Notes: generated by a model not told the origin, from the letters alone. 55,867 bases of DNA from Candidatus Omnitrophota bacterium (GCA_043797665.1 JAZDPL010000060.1:1-55867); one strand, 5' to 3'; shown: positions 18,450 to 28,146, counted from the stretch's first letter. Numbers and translations: made by a program.

Positions 18450-19415
18450 TTAAAGAAAGATGGAGTAAGCAAGGAAATAAACAGAACCGGGACCTTTATA
18501 ACCGGGCAGGATTTCGTACTCCTGATCGGTAAGGTTTCTAAACCCAAGAGTAATCAGGTGGTTGGGGCGACACCGGTAACTTATTGCACATCCGGGTAGA
18601 CACTGTTCCGGACTGTCTTCACCCGGATTTCCGTAATCCGCACCGCTTTCGTATTCAACAAAGAGGTCGAGAGTAACCTTAGGATTTATGGAACCAATCA
18701 GGCTTATCTTGCCGGTCCAGTCAGGCCAGAGCGCAGAGGTGTTTTCATCCTCGTCGACGCTGAGCAGGTGATAGGTAATAGAACCCGAAGGATGCAGACG
18801 CCGATAAGGAAAAAGAGTGGCGGCAAAAGTAAATTCGGTTTGTCCGGTGCCCGAAAGGTTATCCGGTAAATATAGTCCGCCTTCTCTTCGGCCGGCCGGC
18901 AAATCCCAGATGAAGCCGGTAGAAAGAGAAAAGTCCAGAAGACAGGATGGAACCGTTTTTTTAAAACCAAGTGAAACCGCTGCCTCCCTGACCGCCTCAG
19001 GAAATGGCTCAATCCCTTTTTGACTACTGACAAAACCCAAATAAAATTTATCGGTCTGCCAGAAAAAAGAAAAACCTAAACTTTCCCGGGTTCCACCCCA
19101 CAGATTTAAGTTAAAAAAAGATAAGGAAGGAACAGATTTTTCCGGAAGCAGTCTGTCCTGAAACGAAGGGAGGAGCGGCGGTGCTTCCTGCGGAAAGGAA
19201 AATACCGGAGCCGGTGTCTTATCCTCACCGATGATAATTCGTTCCGGCAGGCGTAAATCCTCCCCGGCAAAAAGAAGAGGAACGGAGAAAAAAAACAACA
19301 ACCAAACTAATACAAACGCAATAATTACGCTGTCATTCCCAAATGCTTTAAGCGGGAATCTATGAGAATATGGATTCCTGTTTACTATCCACAGGAATAC
19401 GGGTCCCCTTGTCAT
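18450..19415 (-). CDS. hypothetical secreted/membrane protein, possibly outer-membrane
   Basis: ORF of 321 aa with a hydrophobic segment near the N-terminus and a C-terminus ending YSIFL. The first ~30 codons are the translation of repeat family 2 copy B, so the true start is uncertain. Confidence 0.4.
   Translation of the reverse strand: MTRGPVFLWIVNRNPYSHRFPLKAFGNDSVIIAFVLVWLLFFFSVPLLFAGEDLRLPERIIIGEDKTPAPVFSFPQEAPPLLPSFQDRLLPEKSVPSLSFFNLNLWGGTRESLGFSFFWQTDKFYLGFVSSQKGIEPFPEAVREAAVSLGFKKTVPSCLLDFSLSTGFIWDLPAGRREGGLYLPDNLSGTGQTEFTFAATLFPYRRLHPSGSITYHLLSVDEDENTSALWPDWTGKISLIGSINPKVTLDLFVEYESGADYGNPGEDSPEQCLPGCAISYRCRPNHLITLGFRNLTDQEYEILPGYKGPGSVYFLAYSIFL
19332..19400 (+). repeat. repeat family 2, copy B; immediately flanked at 19302-19330 by an inverted copy of the REP tail-module (taatacaaacgcaataatt)
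   Basis: gtcattcccaaatgctttaagcgggaatc...ggattcctgtttactatccacaggaata. About 85% identical to copy A, with the hairpins conserved. Confidence 0.6.
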
Positions 19416-19456
19416 AGGATTGACAAGGGCAACTTGTTCATTTGTGGACGCATTTA

Positions 19457-21268
19457 CTATTTGCCTTTCTTTTTAATCTGCGCCAAAGAATCCTTAATCT
19501 CTTTGCTCAAAGGTGAATCGCCCGGGAGGTTAATCAACGCTTCCAGATAGACCGGTACTGCCTCCTGGCTCCGGTCCAATCTCTGAAGACAAACACCCAG
19601 CCCATAGAGAATCTCACCTTTTCTATCCGGAATTTTTTCCTGAATCTGCCGGTAAATTGGAATCGCCTGAGCGTATTCCCCTTTCGCCAGAAGTAAATCC
19701 GCTTTATTCTTAAGGAGACTGTCCTTCAAGTCCTCCCGCGATTTAAGAGCAAGCCCGGCATCAAACGCAGACAGACTCTCTTCCGGTCTATTCTGTTGCA
19801 GGTAAGCCAGACCGGAAAGCAGGTAAGCCTCGGCCCGGATATCTTCGTCAATGTTTGGAGAGCCGGTGAGCCTTTTGAGGTACGGAATAGCCTCGGACGA
19901 ACGATTTTCTTCCAGGAAAAACCGCGCCAAAAACAAGACCATTGGCGCCTGGTCCGAGATAATACTACGATGAGAAAGAAACCCCTCCCAAACCGCTGAC
20001 GCGGCCTTCTTATCACCCCGGGCGATAAAAGTAAGTCCCAGGCCGTAACAAGCCTGCCCGGTCATTTCGTTTGCCGGATAGTTATGGACAAAATTTTCAA
20101 AAACCCTCTTCGCCTCATCGTAATCCCTAAGATTATATAACGAAAAAGCCTCCTGCAAAAGAGCATTGGGAACCAGAGAACTCCGGGGGAACTTCTTCTG
20201 GAATTCCCGGTAAAAAGATAACGCCTTCTCATAATCACCGGAAAGGAAGGTGGTACCGGCCAGTTCGTAAAGAACCTTCTCCTGGAACTCTTCGGCCCCG
20301 GGAATAGAGCGCGCCTTCTGTAAATATTCGGCTGACTTCACGTAGTCCTGTTCTTTCTGAGCCAGTACTCCCAACTGAAAGTCAGCGGTCATCTTGATTT
20401 CAGCATCGGTGGACTTCTCCGCCGCTGCCCGGTAATAAAGAGCAGACTGCCCATAGTCCTTCAGGGAAAAAAAGATGTCGCCTAAACGGAAAGATGCTAA
20501 AGCGGAAATCCCCGCATCAGGGCTTTTGGTAAGATCCAGAAAACAGGACCTTGCCAGAGGTAAATTTCCTTCGTGCCAGTAAGCGGTTGCCTGATAATAC
20601 CTGACTTTTGCCAAAGAAGGCTCGGCGGGAAAAGCGTCCATAACAATCCCGGCGATAGTATGAACCCGGACGAAATCTTTTTCTTTCAGCGCTTCCGCAA
20701 CGGCACGGGTAGCCGCGTTAATTAAAAACTTCCGGCCTTCCGGAAAGTCTTTCTGTTCCGGGTACTTCCCTTCCCATTCCCGGAGGGTAGTGAGGGCTTC
20801 AAAAAATTTGCCTTGATTTGCCTGGCTGGCTAAAAGTCCCTGGTACGCGGGTACGGCCATCTCCTTTTCTAAATTACCGGCGGTGATTGCGGTACGAAAG
20901 TCTATTTCCGCCTGGCTGAATGCAGAAGAAGACAGGTTTGTCTCACCCCGGAGATAGTAGGCCTGGGTCAAATAAGTACTTTCGGGATAGTTTTCAATCA
21001 GGAAAGTGAAACTCTTCCGGGCTTCCGGAAGCCGGCTCAATTTCCGGAGGTTCAAACCTTCCAGGAGTAATGCGTAAGACCGAAGTGAACTCTGGGGATA
21101 GTCCCGGTTAAACTGAACGAGGTAATTTAAAGAGATTTCGTAAAACTCATTTTCGTAAGATACTTTCGCTAATTGCAAACATTCCTTTTCGGTGTACCCA
21201 AAAACCGTCTTCCCCGAAAAAGTTAAAAAGGTTATCAGTCCAAAAACGAATAAACCTTTTTTTACCAT
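19457..21268 (-). CDS. secreted TPR-repeat protein
   Basis: Many TPR-like 34-aa units throughout. The start is set at MVKKGLFVFGL (signal-peptide-like), because the longer ORF reads through the REP element. Confidence 0.7.
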   Translation of the reverse strand: MVKKGLFVFGLITFLTFSGKTVFGYTEKECLQLAKVSYENEFYEISLNYLVQFNRDYPQSSLRSYALLLEGLNLRKLSRLPEARKSFTFLIENYPESTYLTQAYYLRGETNLSSSAFSQAEIDFRTAITAGNLEKEMAVPAYQGLLASQANQGKFFEALTTLREWEGKYPEQKDFPEGRKFLINAATRAVAEALKEKDFVRVHTIAGIVMDAFPAEPSLAKVRYYQATAYWHEGNLPLARSCFLDLTKSPDAGISALASFRLGDIFFSLKDYGQSALYYRAAAEKSTDAEIKMTADFQLGVLAQKEQDYVKSAEYLQKARSIPGAEEFQEKVLYELAGTTFLSGDYEKALSFYREFQKKFPRSSLVPNALLQEAFSLYNLRDYDEAKRVFENFVHNYPANEMTGQACYGLGLTFIARGDKKAASAVWEGFLSHRSIISDQAPMVLFLARFFLEENRSSEAIPYLKRLTGSPNIDEDIRAEAYLLSGLAYLQQNRPEESLSAFDAGLALKSREDLKDSLLKNKADLLLAKGEYAQAIPIYRQIQEKIPDRKGEILYGLGVCLQRLDRSQEAVPVYLEALINLPGDSPLSKEIKDSLAQIKKKGK

Positions 21269-21272
21269 AATC

Positions 21273-21322
21273 GTAGGGGCTTGATTTATCAAGCCCGCGG
21301 GTCGGATAAATCCGACCCCTAC
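21273..21322 (+). repeat. REP-like element R4, followed by atcaaattatttat
   Basis: Read directly. Confidence 0.8.
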
Positions 21323-21348
21323 ATCAAATTATTTATGTCGCTGGCATT

Positions 21349-21380
21349 AAAAAAGAAAGCCCCGGAAGTTCTCCGGGGCT
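21349..21380 (-). terminator. rho-independent terminator downstream of cspA
   Basis: Stem GCCCCGGA/TCCGGGGC with a 5-nt loop, followed on the - strand by a TTTCTTTTTT run. Confidence 0.6.
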
Positions 21381-21418
21381 TTCCGCCGTTCCATTAACAA
21401 AGATATCTCTTGCTATCT

Positions 21419-21625
21419 TTATAATTTCACGACATTTTCCGCTTGAGGTCCTTTTTTGCCCTGAGTTACGTCGAACTCAACCTCCTGCCCTTCCTCCAGG
21501 GACTTGTAACCGTCGCCCCCAATGGCAGAATAGTGCACAAAGACATCGGTGTCGCCTTCCCGTTCCAAGAAGCCATAGCCTTTGCTGGCATTAAACCACT
21601 TCACTTTTCCTTTTACTCTTGCCAC
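21419..21625 (-). CDS. cspA: cold-shock protein (CspA family)
   Basis: [16 protein letters not shown] (RNP1) and VFVHYSAI (RNP2). 68 aa. Confidence 0.9.
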   Translation of the reverse strand: MARVKGKVKWFNASKGYGFLEREGDTDVFVHYSAIGGDGYKSLEEGQEVEFDVTQGKKGPQAENVVKL

Positions 21626-21637
21626 TGCCCTTACCTC

Positions 21638-21693
21638 CTTTCCTGTTTATTATTTACTACTACAGAAACTACCAACCATTGTTCTCTTCAGAT
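21638..21693 (+). repeat. repeat family 3, copy 1 (shared 5'-leader element upstream of cspA)
   Basis: tttcctgtttattatttactactacagaaactaccaaccattgttctcttcagata. Coordinates ±2, from hand indexing. Confidence 0.55.
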
Positions 21694-21713
21694 AATGTTT
21701 GAAACTTTTCCTT

Positions 21714-22892
21714 TCACTGTTTTTTTCCACCAATAATCTGAATGGTTGCGGTACCAGAGAAATTTTGACCGTCCTGCGTTTCACCCCTTATCAGAACTTC
21801 GTAAGTTTTGCCTGCTTCTAATCCACCCTGGTTTCTTTTTAGGTTCTCCATCGCTTTAAACTTGTTAAACTTAACCTTCAGCACTTTGCCAGTAAAACCA
21901 GGGTGTTGGTTAAGGACCTGGCTGGGCCCTTCCGGAGAAAGTTCGTAGGTTTCTACTACCGGAACCTGGACAGTCATTACGAGGGAATTTTCATCTATCC
22001 TATCTACCTCATAGCCTTCTACACCAATTGAGATGTCCCCTTCTATTTTGCCGATATAACAATTAGTATACCCTTCTCCTTCCTTTTCGTCAAGCCAAGC
22101 GATATTCCACTTGTCCGGGTCAAAGGTAATGGGAGTAGTAGATTTTACAATAGTTAGAGGAAAGTTTGTAACCTTTTGCTGGTTTGAGCCATTGGAGTCC
22201 ATTATCCAAATCTGTCCATCTTCGCCAACAGCAACAATCTTTGTTCCGTCAGGGGTATAAACAGGGTCAAAAAACTCGTTTTCCGTAATTTGGGTCAATC
22301 CGGTGCCATCTGCCTTTATTCTCCAGATACGCCAGATTTCTCCGGCGGGTTCAGGTGGTTGATAACCTCGGTTGGAAGAGAAGATAATGTGAGTACTATC
22401 CGGGAACCAGCAAGGGTCCCAATCTTCGTAATTGCCAGTGGTTAGTTGTTTTCTCTCAGTGCCATCCCTATTTTCAATCCAAAGTCCTCCCTCACCATAA
22501 AATGCACTTTTTGTCCCATCAGGAGAGAACCACTCACACGTGGAATACCAAAAGGGCCACTCATCTAATTTATTCTGTCCAGATCCATCAGGTTCCATTA
22601 TCCAAACATTCTCATTAGAACCTAAATAAGCTATTTTCCCATCAGGAGAAAAAATTGGCTCCCTACCAATGACAGCAAATTTTCTCAGTCCTGTTCCATC
22701 TACATTTATTGTCCAAATATCAATATTCCCATAAGCCACATTACAGGCGAAAATAATCTTTGTTCCGGCAGGAGAAATATTAGGTTCACTGCAAATTACC
22801 CTTCCCTCATCCTCTTCAGCGGTGGCAAAAGAAAGGGCAGGGAAAACCAAAAGAATACCGAGTAAAATTGCCAGAATTAGTTTTATTTTCAT
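21714..22892 (-). CDS. secreted TolB-like beta-propeller (PD40/WD40-like repeat) protein with a C-terminal extra domain
   Basis: Signal peptide and repeated ..SPDG(T)KI(A/V)...motifs that are characteristic of PD40 blades. Confidence 0.65.
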   Translation of the reverse strand: MKIKLILAILLGILLVFPALSFATAEEDEGRVICSEPNISPAGTKIIFACNVAYGNIDIWTINVDGTGLRKFAVIGREPIFSPDGKIAYLGSNENVWIMEPDGSGQNKLDEWPFWYSTCEWFSPDGTKSAFYGEGGLWIENRDGTERKQLTTGNYEDWDPCWFPDSTHIIFSSNRGYQPPEPAGEIWRIWRIKADGTGLTQITENEFFDPVYTPDGTKIVAVGEDGQIWIMDSNGSNQQKVTNFPLTIVKSTTPITFDPDKWNIAWLDEKEGEGYTNCYIGKIEGDISIGVEGYEVDRIDENSLVMTVQVPVVETYELSPEGPSQVLNQHPGFTGKVLKVKFNKFKAMENLKRNQGGLEAGKTYEVLIRGETQDGQNFSGTATIQIIGGKKQ

Positions 22893-22897
22893 TTTGG

Positions 22898-24190
22898 TTA
22901 CTCCTGTTGTCCAAAAAACATCTTTATTCCTTCGTAGAGAGATTGGGCAATCTCGGTTTTGTTGTAATGGAGGATGTAAGCATCACCGGTGATAAAGGCG
23001 GTTTCCACTAAAATAGCGGACATCTTAGTCTGTCGTAAAACGTACAGTTGTCCTGGGGCACTTTGGGTGTCTAATTTTACGCCGCGGTTGCTAATGCTCA
23101 ATTTTTGAGAAATTTGTTGGGTCAATTTTTCTCCCAATTCTATGCTTTTGGGAACCCTGTCTGGAAATTTTGTATCATTAAAGTAATATGCTTCTGTACC
23201 TGTGCCACTTGTGTCTGAATTACAATGGATAGAAACAAATATAAATCTCTTTCTGGATTCTTCTGCTGCTTTTTTTTCGTCATTAAATTTTTTCTTTAAT
23301 TCTTTAACGAGTTTGTTAAATTCCTTATTTGCTCTTTCAACCCTTTCTTCTACAGATACAGCTCTATCCGAACATCTGCTGGCGTAGACTGTGTAGTTTT
23401 CTGTATTGTAGACTAATTCAAATAGTTTGTTTCCCATATCAAGGTTGAGGTCTTTTTCGTATTCCCCATACAGGGAAGGACCTGCTCCTGACTTTTCTCC
23501 TCCATGTCCCGGGTCAATAAAAACGTGGTTCTCTTTTAAAACATACTCAATCACTAATTTATAAATGATACCTGCAGGATTCATATAAGGATCATAACAC
23601 CAATTCTCATTTCTGCCCCGTATCTTTATTGTATTCGTCCCGTTTTGAAGAGAAGAAGTAACATCTATTATAGTTACGGTTTTCCAGGACAATGGAGGAC
23701 TATTACCAATATACACATCATTAATCCAAACATCACAAAAATTGTCTGCCGCAAAATATAAAGTACCTTTTTGTCCTAAGTTTTCGGGAATTTCAAATTC
23801 TTTTACTATAGTACATTCTTCTGGGCCTTTAGCAAAATATCTTTTCCAGACCCATTTAGCAGTTGGTATCCGAACCCAAACTGGATGAACCCAACAAGGC
23901 ACCGCATAGTTGTTTGTGTCTATACACCAGTTTGTTTCATCGCTGACCACATTAAGAATGGTTTCACCTTCGGAAGAATCTGATAGGGTTTGTAGTAATT
24001 CCTCAAGACTGATATTATCTTCTACCTCTGATGGATCTGAGAAAATTGGTTGAGTATCTGAATAGGCGTTTTGATATATACCGGTATCTAAGGAAACAAA
24101 ATCTTGGGCGGCTATAACTTTACTGCAGGAAAAAATACAAACAGAAAAGAAATAAAAAAGTGAAATTTTTAATAGTTCCCGATATCTCAT
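22898..24190 (-). CDS. N-acetylmuramoyl-L-alanine amidase (Amidase_3 domain) with a ~200-aa N-terminal extension
   Basis: FIDPGHGG..., the EYE...N motif, and a C-terminal Amidase_3 catalytic core. Signal peptide present. Confidence 0.7.
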   Translation of the reverse strand: MRYRELLKISLFYFFSVCIFSCSKVIAAQDFVSLDTGIYQNAYSDTQPIFSDPSEVEDNISLEELLQTLSDSSEGETILNVVSDETNWCIDTNNYAVPCWVHPVWVRIPTAKWVWKRYFAKGPEECTIVKEFEIPENLGQKGTLYFAADNFCDVWINDVYIGNSPPLSWKTVTIIDVTSSLQNGTNTIKIRGRNENWCYDPYMNPAGIIYKLVIEYVLKENHVFIDPGHGGEKSGAGPSLYGEYEKDLNLDMGNKLFELVYNTENYTVYASRCSDRAVSVEERVERANKEFNKLVKELKKKFNDEKKAAEESRKRFIFVSIHCNSDTSGTGTEAYYFNDTKFPDRVPKSIELGEKLTQQISQKLSISNRGVKLDTQSAPGQLYVLRQTKMSAILVETAFITGDAYILHYNKTEIAQSLYEGIKMFFGQQE

Positions 24191-24242
24191 TTTGTAATAA
24201 TTAAGTTTTACCCGCTTCCGTAAAAAACCACAGGCTATAACT

Positions 24243-24294
24243 TTCCTGTTTATTATTTACTACTACAGAAACCTAACCATTTTCTCTTCAGATA
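24243..24294 (+). repeat. repeat family 3, copy 2 (same leader element upstream of the amidase gene)
   Basis: tttcctgtttattatttactactacagaaacctaaccattttctcttcagata. About 90% identical to copy 1. Confidence 0.55.
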
Positions 24295-24402
24295 CATCCA
24301 TCTCCTGCTATTCTACTGTATCATACTCTCTAAAACCGTGTCAAGTGTCCGCATTGCGGGGAACATCGGCGATGTGGTAAAATATAGGGGTTGCCAAACA
24401 AG

Positions 24403-25839
24403 ATGAAAACAAAAATACTTTTCGTGGCGGCAGAAGCGGTGCCCTTTTTCAAGACCGGAGGTTTAGCGGATGTAATCGGCTCCCTGCCGTTGGTCCTGGC
24501 AGATTCAGGTGCCGAAATTAAGGTCTTCCTGCCATTTTACCGCAGATTGGCTAATTTTGAAAATGATTGCCGGACGGTTCTAACCGGTGAAATCGGATTT
24601 GCCGGTAAAAACTGGAAGTTTCAGGTACTTTCGTTCCAAAAAGGACCGACTGAATTCCTCTTCTGTGATGTACCGGAACTGTTTGACCGGGAATCCCTCT
24701 ATGGTCCTTCCTGCGTAGACTATCCGGACAATCCCCTGCGGTTCGGTTTCTTTTCTTACGCCGCGCTCCATTCCCTGTCCGGACTTAAATTTCAGCCGGA
24801 TATCATCCACTGCCACGACTGGCATGCCGCCCTTTTACCCGTTTATCTCAAAGAAAACTTTAAGGCGGAACCTTTTTATCAGAAGATTAAAACCATCTTT
24901 ACCATTCATAATTTAGGCTATCAGGGCGTCTTCCCAAAAGAAAGATGGCCCATGCTTTCTCTGCCGGAGAGACTTTTCAACCCCGAAGGCCTGGAATTTT
25001 ACGGTAAGATCAATTTACTCAAGGCCGGGCTCATCTGGTCAGACAGAATTACTACCGTCAGCCCCACCTACAGCCGGGAAATTAGAAGTAAAGAGTTTGG
25101 CCAGGGTCTGGAAGGCATATTACAAAAACGCGCTTCAGACCTCTCCGGTATCCTGAACGGCATTGACTATCAATCCTGGAATCCGGAAACCGACCCGCTT
25201 ATCGCGGAAAACTATACGACGGGAAAACCAACGGGAAAAACTAAAAACAAAGAGATACTCTCCAGGCAATTTTCGTTCCTTTCTCCGGAAAAACCCCTTT
25301 TGGGTGTGGTAAGCCGGCTGACCCCCGCCAAAGGTTTTGACCTCGTTATAAAATCTCTCCCGGAAATCTTCCGGGAAGGTTTTAACCTGCTCATTTTAGG
25401 CAGCGGCTTGCCCGAGTACGAAACCCTCTTTACCGAAGCCAAATCAAAGTTTAAGGGGTCATTCGGGTTCCAGTCCGGCTATAACGAAAATCTGGCACAC
25501 GCCATTTACGCCGGCGCTGACCTCTTCCTGATGCCCTCTCTCTTTGAACCCTGCGGCCTGGGACAGATGATAGCTTTGCGGTACGGCACCGTTCCGGTTG
25601 TCCGCCGGACAGGCGGTCTGGCTGATTCAGTCTTCGGGTTTGACGGTGAAAAAGGTAACGGCTTCCTCTTTACCGAACCGTCGGACACCGCCCTGGTAAA
25701 AACGCTTCAGAAAGTCAGGGCGGTTTTCCAGAACAAGAACGCCTGGCATAAGATTACCGCCAATGCTTTTGCTTCCGACTGCTCCTGGTCCGGTTCCGCC
25801 CGGCAGTATCTCAAGTTGTATGGGGTTGCTCAACAATAA
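24403..25839 (+). CDS. glgA: glycogen/starch synthase (ADP-glucose type, GT5)
   Basis: KTGGLADV motif and a GT-B C-terminal domain. The ORF opens with a TTG at 24391, and the first ATG is at 24403. Confidence 0.9.
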   Translation: MKTKILFVAAEAVPFFKTGGLADVIGSLPLVLADSGAEIKVFLPFYRRLANFENDCRTVLTGEIGFAGKNWKFQVLSFQKGPTEFLFCDVPELFDRESLYGPSCVDYPDNPLRFGFFSYAALHSLSGLKFQPDIIHCHDWHAALLPVYLKENFKAEPFYQKIKTIFTIHNLGYQGVFPKERWPMLSLPERLFNPEGLEFYGKINLLKAGLIWSDRITTVSPTYSREIRSKEFGQGLEGILQKRASDLSGILNGIDYQSWNPETDPLIAENYTTGKPTGKTKNKEILSRQFSFLSPEKPLLGVVSRLTPAKGFDLVIKSLPEIFREGFNLLILGSGLPEYETLFTEAKSKFKGSFGFQSGYNENLAHAIYAGADLFLMPSLFEPCGLGQMIALRYGTVPVVRRTGGLADSVFGFDGEKGNGFLFTEPSDTALVKTLQKVRAVFQNKNAWHKITANAFASDCSWSGSARQYLKLYGVAQQ

Positions 25840-26096
25840 AATTGACTATTTGGAGTCCCGGATTTGAGATTAGTGCAAGGCGCGACGAAGGTTCTGTGCC
25901 CACTGTGGCACATAACCGAGGAGCAACGCCGCAATGACCCAAAGATGGGACTCCCCCCAAAGGGCCAGGCCGCTTTTGGGCTGCGACTGCGTCGCTCATT
26001 GCTCGCGTAGTACAGTGACTACGCAATCTTTTTTGCTCCTTGTCTCGCTCCAAAATCGCCTCTGGCAAATAGTTAATTTTATTGTTGAGCAACCCC
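25822..26096. mobile_element. MITE-like unit: ~31-bp terminal inverted repeats (25822-25852 and 26067-26096) flanking a 214-bp GC-rich insert between glgA and the GH57 gene
   Basis: ggggttgctcaacaataaaattgactatttg against caaatagttaattttattgttgagcaacccc, 1 mismatch. The left TIR contains the glgA stop codon. The right TIR ends 1 nt before the GH57 ATG. Confidence 0.5.
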
Positions 26097-26097
26097 T

Positions 26098-28146
26098 ATG
26101 AGTCAACCGATTAACGTTGTCTTCCTGTGGCATTTCCATCAGCCCTGTTATCTCAACTATGCAACCGGTTTTTACGAAATGCCCTGGGTCCGTCTGCACG
26201 GCATCAAGGACTACTACGGATTTGCTCTCCTCCTCAACCGTTTCCCTGAAGTAAAAGCCACTTTTAACCTCACCCCCATTCTGGTGGAACAGATTCTGGA
26301 CACGGTAAACCGGAAAGCGGAAGACAACTTTTTCAAATTAAGTTATCAGCCGGCTGACACTCTGACTGCCGAAGAGCGTTCTTTCATCCTGCGCAACTTT
26401 TTCGCCCTGAACTGGGAAACGATGATGGCACCCTTCCCCCGGTATCAACAGATTCTTCAAAAACGCGGCCGGTCCGTTTCTAATGAAGAAATCGAAGAAA
26501 TGGTGTCCGGGTTCACCGTTCCGGAAATACGCGACCTCCAGGTGCTTTTTAATCTGGCCTGGTTCCATCCTATTCTGAGGTCCGAAGACAAATTCCTCCG
26601 GGAGATGGTGCATAAAGGACGGAATTATACCGAAGAAGAAAAAATCGCTCTTCTTGATTACCAATACGAAATCCTGGCCAAGATTGTGCCTCTCTGGAAA
26701 AAGATGGCTGAGCAAAACCAGATTGAAATTTCGGTATCTCCTTACTACCACCCCATCTTACCTCTGCTTCTAAACGCTCCCGCCCCATTACCTCAGGATG
26801 CGGTTTTACAGATAAAAATGGCGCAACAGTCCTGCCGGGATAACTTTGGAAAAGAACCGGCCGGCTGCTGGCCGCCGGAAGGGGCGGTAAGTAATGAAGT
26901 AATGGCTCTCCTGATAGGAGAAAAATTCCGCTGGTCCGCCAGCGACGAAGGCATCCTGAGACGTTCCTGGTCCGGAGAGAATTTTGACCAAAGGAACATT
27001 TACCAGACTTACCGTTACCAGGTCGCCGACGGTGAAATAAACCTGTTCTTCCGTGACCAGCGGATTTCAGACAAAATTGGATTTGTCTACCGTTTCCGGG
27101 AGCCAAAATCGGCTGCCGACGACTTCTTTTCAGACATATCCAGAATCAAGTCCCTCCTGGACGGTCAAAAAGGCGCGGTAAATATCATCATGGACGGCGA
27201 GAACGCCTGGGAATATTATCCTGACGAAGGGATACCATTCCTGACCAACCTTTATTCCCGGTTGAGCCAGCAAAAAGAGTTCCGGACCGCAACCGCAAGT
27301 GAAATGCTGTCTGAAATAAAACCATCCACCACCCTGAGTCACATCCATGCGGGTTCCTGGATCAACCAGGATTTCCATATCTGGTCCGGTTATCCGGCGG
27401 CAAACTCTGCCTGGGGATTATTAAACCGTACCCGGCAGGGACAAAAAACAGAAGACATAAAAAGTCCTGAGGCTAAAAAATCTATTCTGGCTGCGGAAGG
27501 AAGTGACTGGTTCTGGTGGTATTCTCCGGAACACTCCTCGGGAAGAGACGATGAATTTGACGTCCTCTTCCGTCTTTTTTTAATCAACTTCTACCGCCTC
27601 CAGGGCGAAGCAGAACCGGAAGACTTCCAGCAATCCATTACTTCAATACAGGAGGAAGTCCGCTTTCCCAACAATCCCATCACTCCGACGATTGATGGAA
27701 AAGAAACCACTTATTTTGAATGGCTGGGCGCCGGCCACTTCCTGCGGGGAGTTTTAGCGGGAACGATGCACCCGTCAGCCAGAATCATCCACACTTTATA
27801 TTTCGGGTGGGATGAAAAGAATTTTTACCTGCGGCTGGACCCGGACCCGTCTTTCGCGGATGAAGACGGATTTACTTTTTATCTTGATTTCGGCTCAGGA
27901 CGCCGGTGGAGTTTTAAAACTGAAAATGGTAAAATAGTACCGCAGTCTTATCCCTTTGCCATCAGCCAGGATAAAATCATAGAACTATCTTTTCCCTGGG
28001 AAGAAATTGGTTTGCCGCCGGGGACCAAAATACCGTTTGCGGTAGAGGTCAGACGAAACGAACACCTTCTGGACCGGTATCCTCAACAGGCCGGTCTAAA
28101 ACTTATCGTTCCCGGCGAGGACTACAAAGAAAGTTCCTGGAAATAG
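26098..28146 (+). CDS. glycoside hydrolase family 57 alpha-glucan-active enzyme (branching enzyme/4-alpha-glucanotransferase-like) with C-terminal extension
   Basis: N-terminal VFLWHFHQP and a GH57 catalytic region (WxxE...D). 682 aa. Confidence 0.8.
   Translation: MSQPINVVFLWHFHQPCYLNYATGFYEMPWVRLHGIKDYYGFALLLNRFPEVKATFNLTPILVEQILDTVNRKAEDNFFKLSYQPADTLTAEERSFILRNFFALNWETMMAPFPRYQQILQKRGRSVSNEEIEEMVSGFTVPEIRDLQVLFNLAWFHPILRSEDKFLREMVHKGRNYTEEEKIALLDYQYEILAKIVPLWKKMAEQNQIEISVSPYYHPILPLLLNAPAPLPQDAVLQIKMAQQSCRDNFGKEPAGCWPPEGAVSNEVMALLIGEKFRWSASDEGILRRSWSGENFDQRNIYQTYRYQVADGEINLFFRDQRISDKIGFVYRFREPKSAADDFFSDISRIKSLLDGQKGAVNIIMDGENAWEYYPDEGIPFLTNLYSRLSQQKEFRTATASEMLSEIKPSTTLSHIHAGSWINQDFHIWSGYPAANSAWGLLNRTRQGQKTEDIKSPEAKKSILAAEGSDWFWWYSPEHSSGRDDEFDVLFRLFLINFYRLQGEAEPEDFQQSITSIQEEVRFPNNPITPTIDGKETTYFEWLGAGHFLRGVLAGTMHPSARIIHTLYFGWDEKNFYLRLDPDPSFADEDGFTFYLDFGSGRRWSFKTENGKIVPQSYPFAISQDKIIELSFPWEEIGLPPGTKIPFAVEVRRNEHLLDRYPQQAGLKLIVPGEDYKESSWK

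Noticed and set aside
21599-21625. Apparent non-ATG (GTG) start and a 1-nt frame inconsistency at the cspA N-terminus
   Set aside because: My hand indexing at this spot disagrees by 1 nt with the supplied ORF track, which is internally consistent. I treat it as a reading error on my part, not a frameshift.
25811-26092. 93-aa ORF on the minus strand spanning the TIR-flanked insert
   Set aside because: The start and stop lie inside the two inverted repeats. The residues are Ala/Pro/Gly/Arg-rich, as expected from GC-rich non-coding DNA. No SD is present. It is better explained as a non-coding insert.
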